From Eledone cirrhosa (lineage: Eukaryota): 64,000 nucleotides of DNA. The notes under the pieces are model-generated. The model made no database searches, was not told the origin of the DNA, and saw only the letters and a program-made list of their open reading frames with translations. Numbering within the stretch: position 1 is the first letter of the stretch; each line of letters starts with the position of its first letter. Location of the stretch: the NCBI GenBank assembly GCA_964016885.1, contig OZ024763.1, positions 6,200,001-6,264,000 of the forward strand, written 5' to 3'. Below, piece by piece: positions 39,701 through 52,480 of the stretch. The translations under genes were made by a program, and so were the position numbers.

Positions 39701-39922
39701 ATATTTATTAAAATAACAGATTAAAGTTTAAGCAAAGAATCGCTGCTTTCACCCTTAACAGATCTTCAGAAGATCCCGTTAAGGGTGAAAGCAGCGATTC
39801 TTTGCTTAAACTTTAATCTGTTATTTTTAATAAATATTTGCTCTACGGTTCTTATATATTTGATATATATTTATCCTTATCGACCCTCTTTGGATTTTAG
39901 TCTTCAAATTTATTATTATTAC
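39701..39922 (+). mobile_element. Fold-back element (palindrome 39701-39837 centred on tcttcagaaga) with 3' tail, inside (TA)n
   Basis: Arms of about 65 bp. The minus-strand arm reads CTGAAGA-tctgttaagggt-GAAA. The tail gatc/atcga(g)ccctctttggattttagtcttca recurs at 63398-63498 and about 53860-53905. Confidence 0.6.
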
Positions 39923-39951
39923 TATATATATATATATATATATAGATACAC

Positions 39952-40094
39952 TTCATTATTTCTGAAGACAGCATATATATGTGATGGTATGTATATTCTC
40001 TTTGATAGTTTGTATAATTTTGTACATAGATCTTTTGAATATGCATGCCAATTCTAACACATATATGTCCTAGAAACGATCGTTAAATAATGAA
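39952..40094 (+). ncRNA. Type I hammerhead ribozyme motif with long stem II
   Basis: Stem I ttcattattt/aaataatgaa (10 bp), core CTGAAGA at 39962-68, about 100-nt stem II hairpin, GAAA at 40073-76, palindromic stem III ACGATCGT, GTT cleavage triplet. Confidence 0.7.
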
Positions 40095-41019
40095 CTTTTT
40101 TTGTTTAATATAAAGAACTGTTTCATTGTTTTATTCATTATTTTTTTAATATTTTATATATATATATATATATATATGATGGTGGTAATGGTAGTTCCAA
40201 TTGTATCAGGGTCTTTCTGAAATATATCTATAGCCATCTAAACCCATGCTAGTGTGGAAGATAGACGTTAAACGATGATGATGATGATGATATAAGTTTG
40301 ACAATGGCCACCAACGAATGCGAAAAAGTTCTCCAGGAAAGTTAACCAGGAATCTTTCAAAATCTTCCCACCGAGGTTAACAAAGAAATTACTAGATCTA
40401 CAAAACTAAATTGAAAAATTATAATATTATAAAATTAAATCAAATTGTTTAGAACTACAAGTGAAGTCATTCTTTTCCTTTTTTCAATATATATACCACC
40501 ACCAACACTAACAACACTAATATTACTACCACCACCAACAACACTAATATTACTACCACCACCACCAACACATATTACTACCATCACCAACAACAGTAAT
40601 ATTACCACCACCACCACCACTACCAACAATAACAGTAATATTACCACCACCATCACTGTACCCCTCCATTCTAACAACATGGTGGCCAGATGGCTGTGTC
40701 TGAGAAGTATGCCACCTTGAATTTATAAGTAAACCAGAGTTAAAAGATAACCAACAAACAGATACACCTGATAAAAACTGCACTGTAAAGGTGAATAGCT
40801 TCACCTGTAATTGGGATATTTACAAAGGTTAACATTTTCACTCCTTTAGTGGCATATCAGAAAGTTTATTAACCTTATTCCTCTTCTACAACAGCCTACC
40901 TATTTTCTCATTAAGTTGGTGCTAGGAACATAACATAGCCATATTTCTAATGAAAGACACTGTCTATATCTTTAACCCTTTTATTACCATGTATTTAATG
41001 AAAGACACTGCCTATGTCT

Positions 41020-41212
41020 TTAACCCTTTAGCATTTAAACCGGCCAGAATTCTCTCACTTCTCTCTGTTCAAACTAGCTGTAACTGATGTTAAGGTATTG
41101 TTCTCAAAATAAATAACATCAAATCTCATAGATTCGATATTATGTGAAATAAAACCTTTACCAGAGAAAATACAATAGTAAATATAGAGTAATGTAAATG
41201 CTAAAGGGTTAA
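41020..41212. mobile_element. piggyBac-like MITE nested in a 48-bp MITE-end array
   Basis: TTAA-ccctttagcattta...taaatgctaaaggg-TTAA; the array resumes directly afterwards. Confidence 0.85.
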
Positions 41213-42259
41213 CCCTTTCATTAGCATATTTCTAATGAACGACACTACCTATGTCATTAACCCTTCCATTACCATATTTCTAATGAAAGACACTGTCTAT
41301 GTCATTAACCCTTTCATTATCATATTTCTAATGAAAGACAGTGTCTATGGTTTTCAAATGATTTTAAAAATAATCAAGAATTTGGAAGGATTTAGTAATA
41401 TAACAAACTTTCTCATTAGTAAGCTGGTGTTCGGAACATACCTTAACAGAGATTCTTACATAAAATTATGATGGAAGTTTTTTGTTTTTATATAAATAGA
41501 AACACTTTAAAACAAACAGTTTTGTATTGTAGAACCAGGAATGCGAGGTGGGGTTAGGTGATTTGGTGTGAAACTAAAAACAAAAGGGTGTGGATGGGGG
41601 TTTTAAAATAGTTCCATTCACTCATGAAGACTATCTTTTGCCCCATCCTCCTCTCTGCATGTCTGTCTCTCTGTCTTCTCCCTCACTTATGTCTTCTTTC
41701 TCTCTCAGATCCATGTTATGAACTTGTATTTCTTAATTAATTGCTAATTACCAGTTTAATTAGTCACTGCCACATATATTCTCTTCCCAGCAGTTAATTC
41801 CTGCAGCAATTATAACTACTGATGTACTACTACCACAGCCACCACTACTACTACTAACACAACCACTACTACCACCTACACTAGTTTACTAATGTCCTAC
41901 GGTGGAGAGGTGGGTAGTAGTAATGGTGTGGTAGATAGCTGGGTGGGTAGTAGTGGAGGTGTGGTAGATAGTTGGGCGGTGGGGGGTGGGGGTCATGGAG
42001 TACTGGAAGGGTGGTGGTGAAGTGGGTGGTGGTGGAACATACAAGATAAGTGGTACAATGGTAGACAGACGGATGACCCCGTGTGATAGTTAGCTGCTTC
42101 CTTTACATCCTGAGTTCAAATCCCACCATATATAGAGAAACTAACAAAAAAGTGTTTACACTTTTTTGTTTCGCAGCCAGGTTTCTAATTCAAATATTGC
42201 AGTTATATATTTATTAAATTTACCTGAAATCTTCTAAAGAGTTACCTGAGGTTTGGAAA

Positions 42260-42900
42260 AGATAGATACCAGCACTTTGCTAAATATATTCTGTGGTAGA
42301 CTTGTCACCATACAGTTCACCTACCTCAGGTGTAAATACCAGCACTTTTCTGAATGTATTCTAAGATAGACTTGTCCCAGTACAGTTCACCTATATCATT
42401 TAAATACCAGCACTTCCTTGAATGTATTCTGGGGTAAACTTGTCCTGATATAATTCATCTACCTCAGGTATAAATACCAGCACTTCTGTGAATGTATTGA
42501 TGAAGACATGCCCTAATATAGTTCATCTATCTCAGGTATAAATACCAGCACTTTTCTGAATGTATTCTGAGGTAGACTTATCTCAATACAGTTCACCTAT
42601 ATCATATAAATACCAGCACTTCCTTGAATGTATTCTGAGGTAGACTTACACTAATACAGTTCACTTATCTCTCAGGTGTAAATACCAACACTTCTGTGAA
42701 TGTATTCTGATGTAGACTTGTCTTGATATAGTTCACCTACCTCAGGTACAAATACCAGCACTTTTGTGAATGTATTCTGAAGTAGACTTATCCCAATATA
42801 GTTCACTTATCTCTCGGGTATAAATACCAGCACTTTTCTCAATGTATTCTGAGGTAGATATGTCCCAATATAGTTCAGCTATCTCTATCATATAGCTACC
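42260..42900. repeat. Degenerate about 70-bp tandem repeat, about 9 copies
   Basis: aaataccagcactt...gaatgtattctgaggtagactt...agttcacctacctcagg recurs every 67-71 bp. Confidence 0.85.
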
Positions 42901-42952
42901 AGCTGTTCCCTCACTGTAACCTTTGACATACACACATCCCAGTATAGTTTAC

Positions 42953-43024
42953 CTTCTCAATCTTTCCAATTATGGCCAACACCACCAAAACCAAAGTGAA
43001 GCGTCAAGCATTATCGGTGTCTCT
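42953..43024 (-). other. Candidate non-coding 5'UTR exon
   Basis: Acceptor ttcttccctctatag and donor AAG|gtaaac flank 72 nt of unique sequence with stops in all three frames. Confidence 0.3.
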
Positions 43025-43389
43025 CTATAGAGGGAAGAATTTTAGAATTCGGAAGAGCAACAAACCAAACCAGATAGTGGGTGGTGGTGGAGGTGGGTGG
43101 ACGGTGGAGGTGAGTGGGTGGTGGAGAGAGGGTGTTGGTGGAGAGAGGAAGTGTTGGTGGAGGGGGGTATGTGGGCAGTGGTGGAGAGATCTAGGCCAGT
43201 CATCAAACATTTCCAAGTTATTTCATCAGTAACGTCGTATTAGTAGCAAAAAGATTAGATTAACTCCCAGATAAAAGTGAATCGTTGATTAAAAGATATC
43301 ATTGGATGGGGGAAGGGGGTCTTTTAAACTAAATAAAGATTCAAAACATCATCATCATTATCAACATCACTGTCATCATGACCCTAATC

Positions 43390-43856
43390 ATCACCCTGGG
43401 AGACACAGACATCATACAATCTACCCTGGGACACACAGACATCATACAATCTACCCTGGGACACACAGACATCATACAATCTACCCTGGGACACACAGAC
43501 ATCATACAATCTACCCTGAATTAGAAATGGTATAAACTTAAGTTTACATATTTCACATTATTCTGTCTCTCTCCCTCCCTCAGTCTGTTGCCTTTCTCTC
43601 TCTCTCTCCCTCAGTCTGTTGCCTTTCTCTCTCTCTCTCCCTCAGTCTGTTGCCTTTCTCTCTCTCTCCCTCCCTCAGTCTGTTGCCTTTCTCTCTCTCT
43701 CTCCCTCAGTCTGTTGCCTTTCTCTCTCTCCCTCCCTCAGTCTGTTGCCTTTCTCTCTCTCTCTCCCTCAGTCGGTTTGCCTTTCTCTCTCTCTCTCCCT
43801 CAGTCGGTCTGCCTTTCTCTCTCTCTCTCCCTCAGTCGGTCTGCCTTTCTCTCTCT
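43390..43856. repeat. 30-bp x4 array followed by an about 31-35-bp CT-rich array
   Basis: acacacagacatcatacaatctaccctggg, then cctcagtctgttgcctttctctctctct. Confidence 0.9.
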
Positions 43857-45172
43857 TAAAGGACTAACAATAACTGTTGTGGTGTAGTGTAGTGGTGTGT
43901 GTCTACATGTAACAGTCACATACACTCACAACCATATGCACAAATACACACACACAGTTACACATACATATAACCCCACATACACACACAGACATGTAGA
44001 GAGTCACAGTAACCTCGAGAACAAACAATATAGTTATAATGTTAAAGTTTACCAAAGACAATAAACAGCCTTATATATATATATATACACACATATATAT
44101 ATTTATATATATACATATATGTATATATATGAGTGTATACAGTGTATATATAGTTTTCCAAAAGACAATCAATAGCCTTATATATATACATACATACATG
44201 TGTGTATACAGTGTATATATTGTTTACCAAAAAACAATCAACAGCCTTATATATACACACATAGATATGTATATATACATGTGCATATAGAGTGTATATA
44301 TAGTTTACCAACATAAAAACAACCAACAAACCAAGAATTGTGACTATTATTATTGTTGATACTAACAATGGAAATATGGATGACTTTTACAACAATCAAC
44401 AACTGCCTTACATAATATAAACACAGACATTGCTTTCCTGGTTGATAGAGGCAGTTGTGGTGATGATGGTGATGTAGCTACATGAGCAAAGCAGTAGAAA
44501 CCAAGCCAAAATCAGTTCTGTATGAGCAAGACATGGTCACTTGACTTCTCATTGCTCATAACAGTATAACTCGTCTAACACACACACACACACACACATA
44601 TATCATGATGATCATCATCACCATTTAATGTCCATTTTCCCACACTGTCATCAGTTAGACGAATTATCATGTAAGTAATGCCAGGTCAAATGACCATGTC
44701 TTGCTAATACAGAACTGATTCTGGCTTGGTTTCTACAGCTGGATGACCTTCCTAATGCCATCCTCTTTCACTGTGTACTAGGTCCTTTTTGTCATGACAC
44801 CTACACTACTTTACAGTGTGGGCTGGGCACTTTTTGTGATGTCGCCATCACGACTACTTTACAGTGTGGGCTGGAGGCTTCACTGGACGTATACTTCCGC
44901 TTGTCCTCATAGGAGATGTATGGGAGTAGGTGGGGTGGGGCGGTGCATATTATATATGTGTCAGTCTGTGCCCGTGGGAAGTCTGGTCTTCTGTATTACT
45001 GCGTAACGCCAAAGATCTCGGTCCTGTGTCATTATCTTTGAGAGATGCAATTGGGCAAGGTCAGCTTTTATCACCTCGTCCCAAGTCTTCCTGGGTCTCA
45101 CAGCTTCCATCGACTTTGAGTGCTCTGCACTTTTTTATATAGCTGCAATCCTTCATACACATCACATGTGTG

Positions 45173-45207
<35 letters not shown>

Positions 45208-45211
<4 letters not shown>

Positions 45212-45865
45212 TAGTGAGACCTGGATGCTGTGTGTAGAAGACTTGTGTAGATTAGAAAGAAACGAAGATGCTCCGATGGATGTGTAACAGTAATATACGC
45301 GAACAGCAAAGCATAAATGAACTGAGAGAGAGACTGAGCATAAGAGGAATCAAATGCTGTGTGCAGGAGAGGAGGTTGCGTTGGTATGGGCATGTGGTGC
45401 TTATGAAGGATGAGAGCTGCATAAAAAGGTGCAGAGCATTAGAAGTTGATGGAAGCCTTGGAGTGGGGAGACCCAAGAAGAACTGGGTTGAGGTGATAAA
45501 AGCGGCCCTGCCCAATTGCACCTCTCAATGGTGATGACACAGGGCCGTGACCTCTGGCGTCACGCAGTAATACAGAAGACCCAACATCCCATGGGTACAA
45601 GCCGAAGCTGAAGCATATAGACAATATGACCCACCCCCTCCCACTGCAAAGTGGTTGTGGAGGTGCCACAGAAAAAAAACACCCAACACTCACTGTAAAT
45701 GAGGTTGGTGTTAGGAAGGGCATCCAGCTGTAGAAATCAAGCCAGAATCAGTTCCTGTATGAGCAAGACAAGGTCAGCCGACTGGACACTGCCCACAACA
45801 GGACAACCTGTCTAACCCATGCTAGCATGGAAGAATGGACGTAAAAGGGTGATGATGATGATATA
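45208..45865 (+). mobile_element. RTE LINE 3' end with tail
   Basis: MLRWMCN...QERRLRWYGHVV...GRPKKNW, followed by the shared gttaggaagggcatcc...catgctagcatggaa(gat)n tail. Confidence 0.75.
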
Positions 45866-46342
45866 TGTGTATTTATTTATTTGTGAAAGCGTGTGGCTGA
45901 GTAGTTAGAGAATTAGACAAGCAATCGTGAAGTTGTGATTTCCATTCCCAGACTGGGTGATGCATTATGTCCTTGAGCAAGACACTTTATTTCACGTTGC
46001 TCCTTCTGCCTGGATTTGCAACCAACAATTAGTATCAGCAATTGGAAAAACCAATGGAAACATTGTTTCCTTGGTCCGATTTGACGAGCTCCACCCCACT
46101 CGTTAAGTGAATGAGGTCTAGGATCTTGTTGATATATGTTGCTCATGTTATTACAGCATCATCATCATTATTACCACCACCAATGCTACAATGGCCACTA
46201 TCAACTAAGAAGGCAATAATATACATATGTACACCCACAAAACGTATGTGTATACATTTTGTTGCCTTGTTGCTGGTTGTATAATGGTGGAGGTAATAGT
46301 GTAGCAACAACAGCAATTGATAACTGTCTCTCTATGTGTGTG

Positions 46343-46382
<40 letters not shown>

Positions 46383-47748
46383 TTAACCTTTTCATTTCCA
46401 TATGTCTAATACAAGACACTAACAACCAGTAGAGAAATAGCTTCAAATTTCACATAGAAATATTCCTAATTCCTAACATCACGATTCTTGCAGCATGTGA
46501 ACAACAACGCTGCAGGTAAAGGAATAATTAAGGTTCTGAAAGACACTGTCTATGTCGTTAACTCTTTCTTTACCATATTTCTAATGAAAGACCCTATCTA
46601 TGTCTTTAACTCTTTCATTACCATATTGCTAATGAAAGACCCTGTCTATGTCTTTAACCCTTTCATTACCATATTTCTAATGAAAGACACTGTCTATGTC
46701 TTTAACCCTTTCATTACCATATTTCTAATGAAAGACACTGTCTATGGTTGTCCAAATAATTTTTTAAATAATCAAGAATTTGGAGGGATTTAGTAATATA
46801 ACTTTCTTGTTATTAAACTGGTGTTTGGTGAGAAATGAAGTGAAAATGCTTTGGTGGATTTGCAATGTTAGTGAGCATGAACAGAGACAAGCTGGATATA
46901 AGAGGAATCAGACAGAGTGTAGGAGGGAAGACTGGACTGGTGTGGTTATGTGATATGAATGATGATAGCCAGGGGAAGAAGTGCCAAAAAACTCAGTGGA
47001 AGGAAACTGCAGTAGAGAAAGTTCAAAGAAGACTTGGGGAGAGGTTGTGAAAGCAGGTTGCAAATCAGTGAAGCTCACAGAGAGATGACGAAGGACAACA
47101 AGTGGTGGATTGCTGTGCTGGAAAGGACTTGTTCAACCCATGCAAACATGGAAAAATGGAATTAAAATGATGATGATGATAAACTCTTTAAAATAGGTTT
47201 TGTATCATAGAACTAGGGGGTGGTTTCGGGTAGTTTGGTAGTTTGCGTACGGTTATAGATGTAGAGGTTGTCCTGCTTCAACACACCTGGATATGCTATG
47301 TGCTGACACTGGAGGAAATTTAATGGATCTTGGAGTGATAATGCTAGATCGAGACAAATGGAGGGAGTACTGTTCATTGAGTAAAACAAACAGATCATAG
47401 AACGAGGGAGTGGTTTGTGGTAAGGTGGGTTATGAAGAAATTAGAACAGGGGGAGGGGTTGTGGTTGGATGGGTGATAAAGACATTATTACAGCAATGAA
47501 TCCCGCCGAGGTTAAATTTGCCTTTCATCCTTACAGGGTCGATAAAATAAAGTACCAGTAACGTACTGGGTAATTGCTGGCCTTGTGCCAAAAGTAGAAA
47601 CAATTATTACAGCAATGACCTTCAGTTTTGTCCCAGTAACATTAACTAGGTGAACAATAGGTAACTGACATTTAACAAGGAGCAGTTCAAGGAGGAAGGC
47701 AGAGTCTAAATTTAACTGTCTCATTTTCTCAAGAAAATTTTAAACCTG

Positions 47749-47785
<37 letters not shown>

Positions 47786-48789
47786 TAGTACATAACCTGG
47801 TGTTCTGTGGAGGAAATAAATTTGTGTTTATTTTCTATACTGTGACAAAGCTATGTTTGCAGATTGAATATACAGACACACACACATATAAGTAAGAGAC
47901 GAAGTGTGTGTGTGTATGTGTGTACATATATACACACACACATACATATATGTATATCGATTTTTTTTTATAGATATGACTTCTATAGTCCTGTAGAAGC
48001 CTTTTCTATATAAAAGTAAAGATGCCTATACTCTACCAACGTATTGAGATATATATAGTGAGGAAATGACTGAAACTGTGTCTATGGTTGTGATGGAGAA
48101 ACGATAAAAAACACCTAGCCAACACTGAAGTGGTTGTGTAGGTGTCATGAAAAAAGTGCCCAGCCCTCACTGTAAATGTGATTAGTGCTAGGAAGGGCAT
48201 TCAGCTGAAGAAACCAAACCAAAAAAATCAGTTCTGTATGAGCAAGACATGGTAACCTGACCTAGCATTGCCCACAACAAGATAACTCATCTAACCCATG
48301 CTAGCATGGAAAATGGATGTAAAATGGTGATATATATATATATATTTATATATGACAAGTATGTTTTGAAACAGCGAGTGAGTTTGAAAATAGAAATAGA
48401 AGCTTTCACTGTATTTTTTACTAAAGAAATTTTTTAGCCTGATAGTGGAGTTTAGAACCCTCTAAGAAATGGAAAAAGATGAGTATTGACGTGAGAATGG
48501 TAGAATTTTACCTTAGCAATTTTATTGATCTAAAATATTTTCGTATTTACCATTCATTTAAATATTTAAATTTGTATTTCTTATTCCACAATGCTTCAAG
48601 CAAACTACAACACTTATGTACACACACACACCATTATATATATATATATATATATATATAAAGGTTGTCTGCTCCATACAAACCTTAACTTCTTGCACTT
48701 TATGTCTGTTCTTTGTTTATTTTGATAATATATTCTTCTTGCATATAGTTAAATATTATTGATTATTTAATAATTAGTATAGTATGTAT

Positions 48790-49400
48790 AGACATCCTGA
48801 GTTGACATTGCACTCAGTGCTCCTGTGGGAGCCCCTACATGGACACACTGGAAGAGGAAGACCCAGGTTAACATATGTTGATGCCCTAAGGACAGACACT
48901 GGTCTGTTGGAGATGTAGGATATGGCAGCGATAATGAGGGACAGAGACCGCTGGAGAGAACTCGTCCATGGATCTCGTCCGGGAATTTTACCCGAAAGAA
49001 TAGAATTGTGAATACAAGCGGCCGAAATGGGATTCCTCTGAAGGGCCTTTGGAGTAACATTACTCGATAAAGTGCATAGCTTGGAGATCAGAGAGTCATT
49101 CCAGATAGAGCTGATACTTCTTCGAATTGAGAGATCACAGTCCCGATACTATGGGCATGTGGTTAGAATGTCTCAGGAAAGAATCACTCAACAGTTTTTA
49201 CAGGCAAAATCAACCAGCAGGAGACCCAGGGGTAGACCCTGAACAAGATGGTTGGATAACATCCATGAGCTTGGCTGGTTATGCTTGAGGATCCAACTGG
49301 ATCAGTTGGAGACGTTTGCTTCTGACAGGACCCACTGGAGGGAGTGTTTGAGGACTCTGCTGCCATGACACTCCCAGGAATAAGTGGACAAAGAAGAACA
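48790..49400 (+). mobile_element. RTE LINE relics
   Basis: RIERSQSRYYGHVVRMSQERIT...RRPRGRP*TRWLDNI. Confidence 0.7.
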
Positions 49401-50917
49401 TTTCAATGTTAAACAACATTGACGGAGAATCATGTTGACAACAGTGGCAATAAATAATTACATAAGTACATGGCATATAAACACACACACACACACACAC
49501 ACATGTATACACACACACATATAAACACATACACACATATATATAAAATTCTTTTCATGCAATAAAATTTCATGAAAAGGTTTGTTTGCACATACTTTCT
49601 CCCTCTCACAATGGCTGTCTCCCTCTCACATGCAATGTCTGTCTTTCAGACACACAATCGCTCTCTCTCTCCACCCCCACATACTATATAATATAGATCT
49701 CAGTACACTTTAGTATCCAAGTAGTAACTACTGTACTCCTTTCAATGAACTAAATTGTAGGTCAAACCAAGGTGGACTGAGGCTATTGTGTGTGTAGTGT
49801 CTGAGAGAGAGAGAGAGAGAGAGAGAGAGCACTTGATTAAAGTGTGTACCATAGGAGGATATTGTGTGAGAGAGAGAAAACTATTTACTGCACGCAGCAG
49901 ATTTCTTCCAGAGAAAGAGATATAGAGGAAGGAAAATCAACCCCTGTACTTGACGGGTACTTTTTTGGGTATTGACCTGGAAAGGATGGAAGGCAGAGTT
50001 AACCTTGGTGGGATTTGAACTCAGAGAGCAGAAAGCCGGAACGAATACCTCACAATGTTCTAATGAGTGACAATTTGCTGCCTTTTTGTGATGGCTGGAG
50101 CGGCCATGTGCAACAGCCCTTGACCTTCATCAAGCAATTGCGCCAACCACTTTCCCTTTCAGGTATAGAGAACCCCTAACCAAAGAACAACAACAATCAA
50201 GGTACAAATCTCGAGATCTCAAGACTGCCACCCTCAATGTTGGTACCCTGAAAGGCAGATCAGTTGAAACTGGCAAGGGACATGATGAAGGATCACGACA
50301 AGTGGGGAGATGCTGAGTAGGACCCGTCCAACCCATGCAAGCATGGAAAAGAAGACATAAAAACGATGATGATGACGATGATGATGATCCAGTATAATAA
50401 TGGTTTCTACTATTGGCACAAGGCCAGCAGTTACCCCAGTGTATTACTGGTAATTTATTTTATCGACCCCGTAAGGATGAAATGTAAAGTTAATCTTGGC
50501 GGGATTTGAACTCAGATCGTAAAGGGCCATAACTATGCTGCAAAGCACGGTGTCTGACCTTCTACCGATACTGCCAGGTTTCATACTGGTACTTTATTTT
50601 TTTGATTCTTTCGGAATAAAATGCAAAGTTGACCTCGGTGGGATTTGAACTCGGAAAGGTGCAGAGACAAATGCCAGAGGCATTCTATCCAACATTCTAA
50701 TGTTCTCCATCTTGAAAACCCAGAGGTTAATTACAAAAGGTTTAATTATTTTTGGTTCAATAACAACTGTTCCTATATAAATCATTGAACTACTTATTAA
50801 ATGATCAATGACACCAATATAGAGAAATCAATATCAGCTAACAAGGAAGGAAGCCACTTGATGGTTGTTTAACCTGCTAGAGATAGCAGTTAAACTTCCC
50901 TCAAACTATTCCTTATA

Positions 50918-51117
50918 TGTATTTGTGTCAGCTGAACAATTCATAGGCTGACCAAGATACTCTCATGGAACGACCAAATAAGATTTATTTTTCAACATAG
51001 TCCCTGGAAAGAAACATACAGTTATTAATAAGAGTTGAAATTAATGCATGAAAGATTTCACAGCTCTAACATCACTTCTTGATAGTCAGCCTATGAACTT
51101 TTCAGCCTACCCTTGTA
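50918..51117. mobile_element. Mariner-type MITE
   Basis: gctgaacaattcataggctgac ... gtcagcctatgaacttttcagcctacccttgta inverted termini. Confidence 0.65.
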
Positions 51118-51399
51118 CTTGTGTCAGTATTCACTCCAAGATGGGGTTGAGCCAGCTCCAACTGGTATGTCCACAGTGTTGTGAACAGAAGCTGCACATG
51201 CAGTGACTGCAAATGTCAGATGCAGATATTGTCAGCCAATTCCAACAGCAGACACCATATATACCAGTGCATCCAAGTCGCAAACAGAGGCCATACATGC
51301 AAGGTGCCAATGCCTATATTGCCAACTAATCACCATGGTGGACACCATATATAACAATATTGGCTCCAGCCTGTACATCCTGGTAGAAAAAAAGGAGAG

Positions 51400-52480
51400 G
51401 AGCTGATCATTAGATCAGACCAAGGAAGCAATGTTTCCATTGGTCTTTCCATTGCTGATACTATGTTAGTCAACTCCTGGTAGAATAAAGGAGCTGATCA
51501 TTAGATCAGACCAAGGAAGCAATGTTTCCATTGGTCTTTCCATTGCTGATACTATGTTAGTCAACTCCTGGTAGAATAAAGGAGCTGATCATTAGATCAG
51601 ACCAAGGAAGCAATGTTTCCATTGGTCCTTCCATTGCTGATACTATGTTAGTCAACTCCTAGTAGAAGAAAGGAGCTGATCATTAGATCAGACCAAGGAA
51701 GCAATGTTTCCATTGGTCTTTCCATTGCTGATACTATGTTAGTCAACTCCTGGTAGAATAAAGGAGCTGATCATTAGATCAGACCAAGGAAGCAATGTTT
51801 CCATTGGTCTTTCCATTGCTGATACTATGTTAGTCAACTCCTAGTAGAAGAAAGGAGCTGATCATTAGATCAGACCAAGGAAGCAATGTTTCCATTGGTC
51901 TTTCCATTGCTGATACTATCTGTCAGTCAACTCCTGGTAGAATAAAGGAGCTGATCATTAGATCAGACCAAGGAAGCAATGTTTCCATTGGTCTTTCCAT
52001 TGCTGATACTATGTTAGTCAACTCCTAGTAGAAGAAAGGAGCTGATCATTAGATCAGACCAAGGAAGCAATGTTTCCATTGGTCTTTCCATTGCTGATAC
52101 TATCTGTCAGTCAACTCCTGGTAGAATAAAGAAGCTGATCATTAGATCAGACCAAGGAAGCAATGTTTCCATTGGTCTTTCCATTGCTGATACTATCTGT
52201 CAGTCAACTCCTGGTAGAATAAAGGAGCTGATCATTAGATCAGACCAAGGAAGCAATGTTTCCATTGGTCTTTCCATTGCTGATACTATCTGTCAGTCAA
52301 CTCCTGGTAGAATAAAGAAGCTGATCATTAGATCAGACCAAGGAAGCAATGTTTCCATTGGTCTTTCCATTGCTGATACTATCTGTCAGTCACAACTCCA
52401 GGCAAAAGGAACATCATGAAATAAAGTGTCTTGCTGAAGAACACTACACACCACCCAGTCGAGGAATTAAACCCACGGCC
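51400..52480 (-). repeat. 91-93-bp x11 minisatellite derived from a tRNA-SINE body, ending in the SINE remainder
   Basis: Unit agctgatcattagatcagaccaaggaagcaatgtttccattggtctttccattgctgatac...; homologous to the single-copy SINE segments at 46010-46095 and 36820-36900. Confidence 0.88.
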
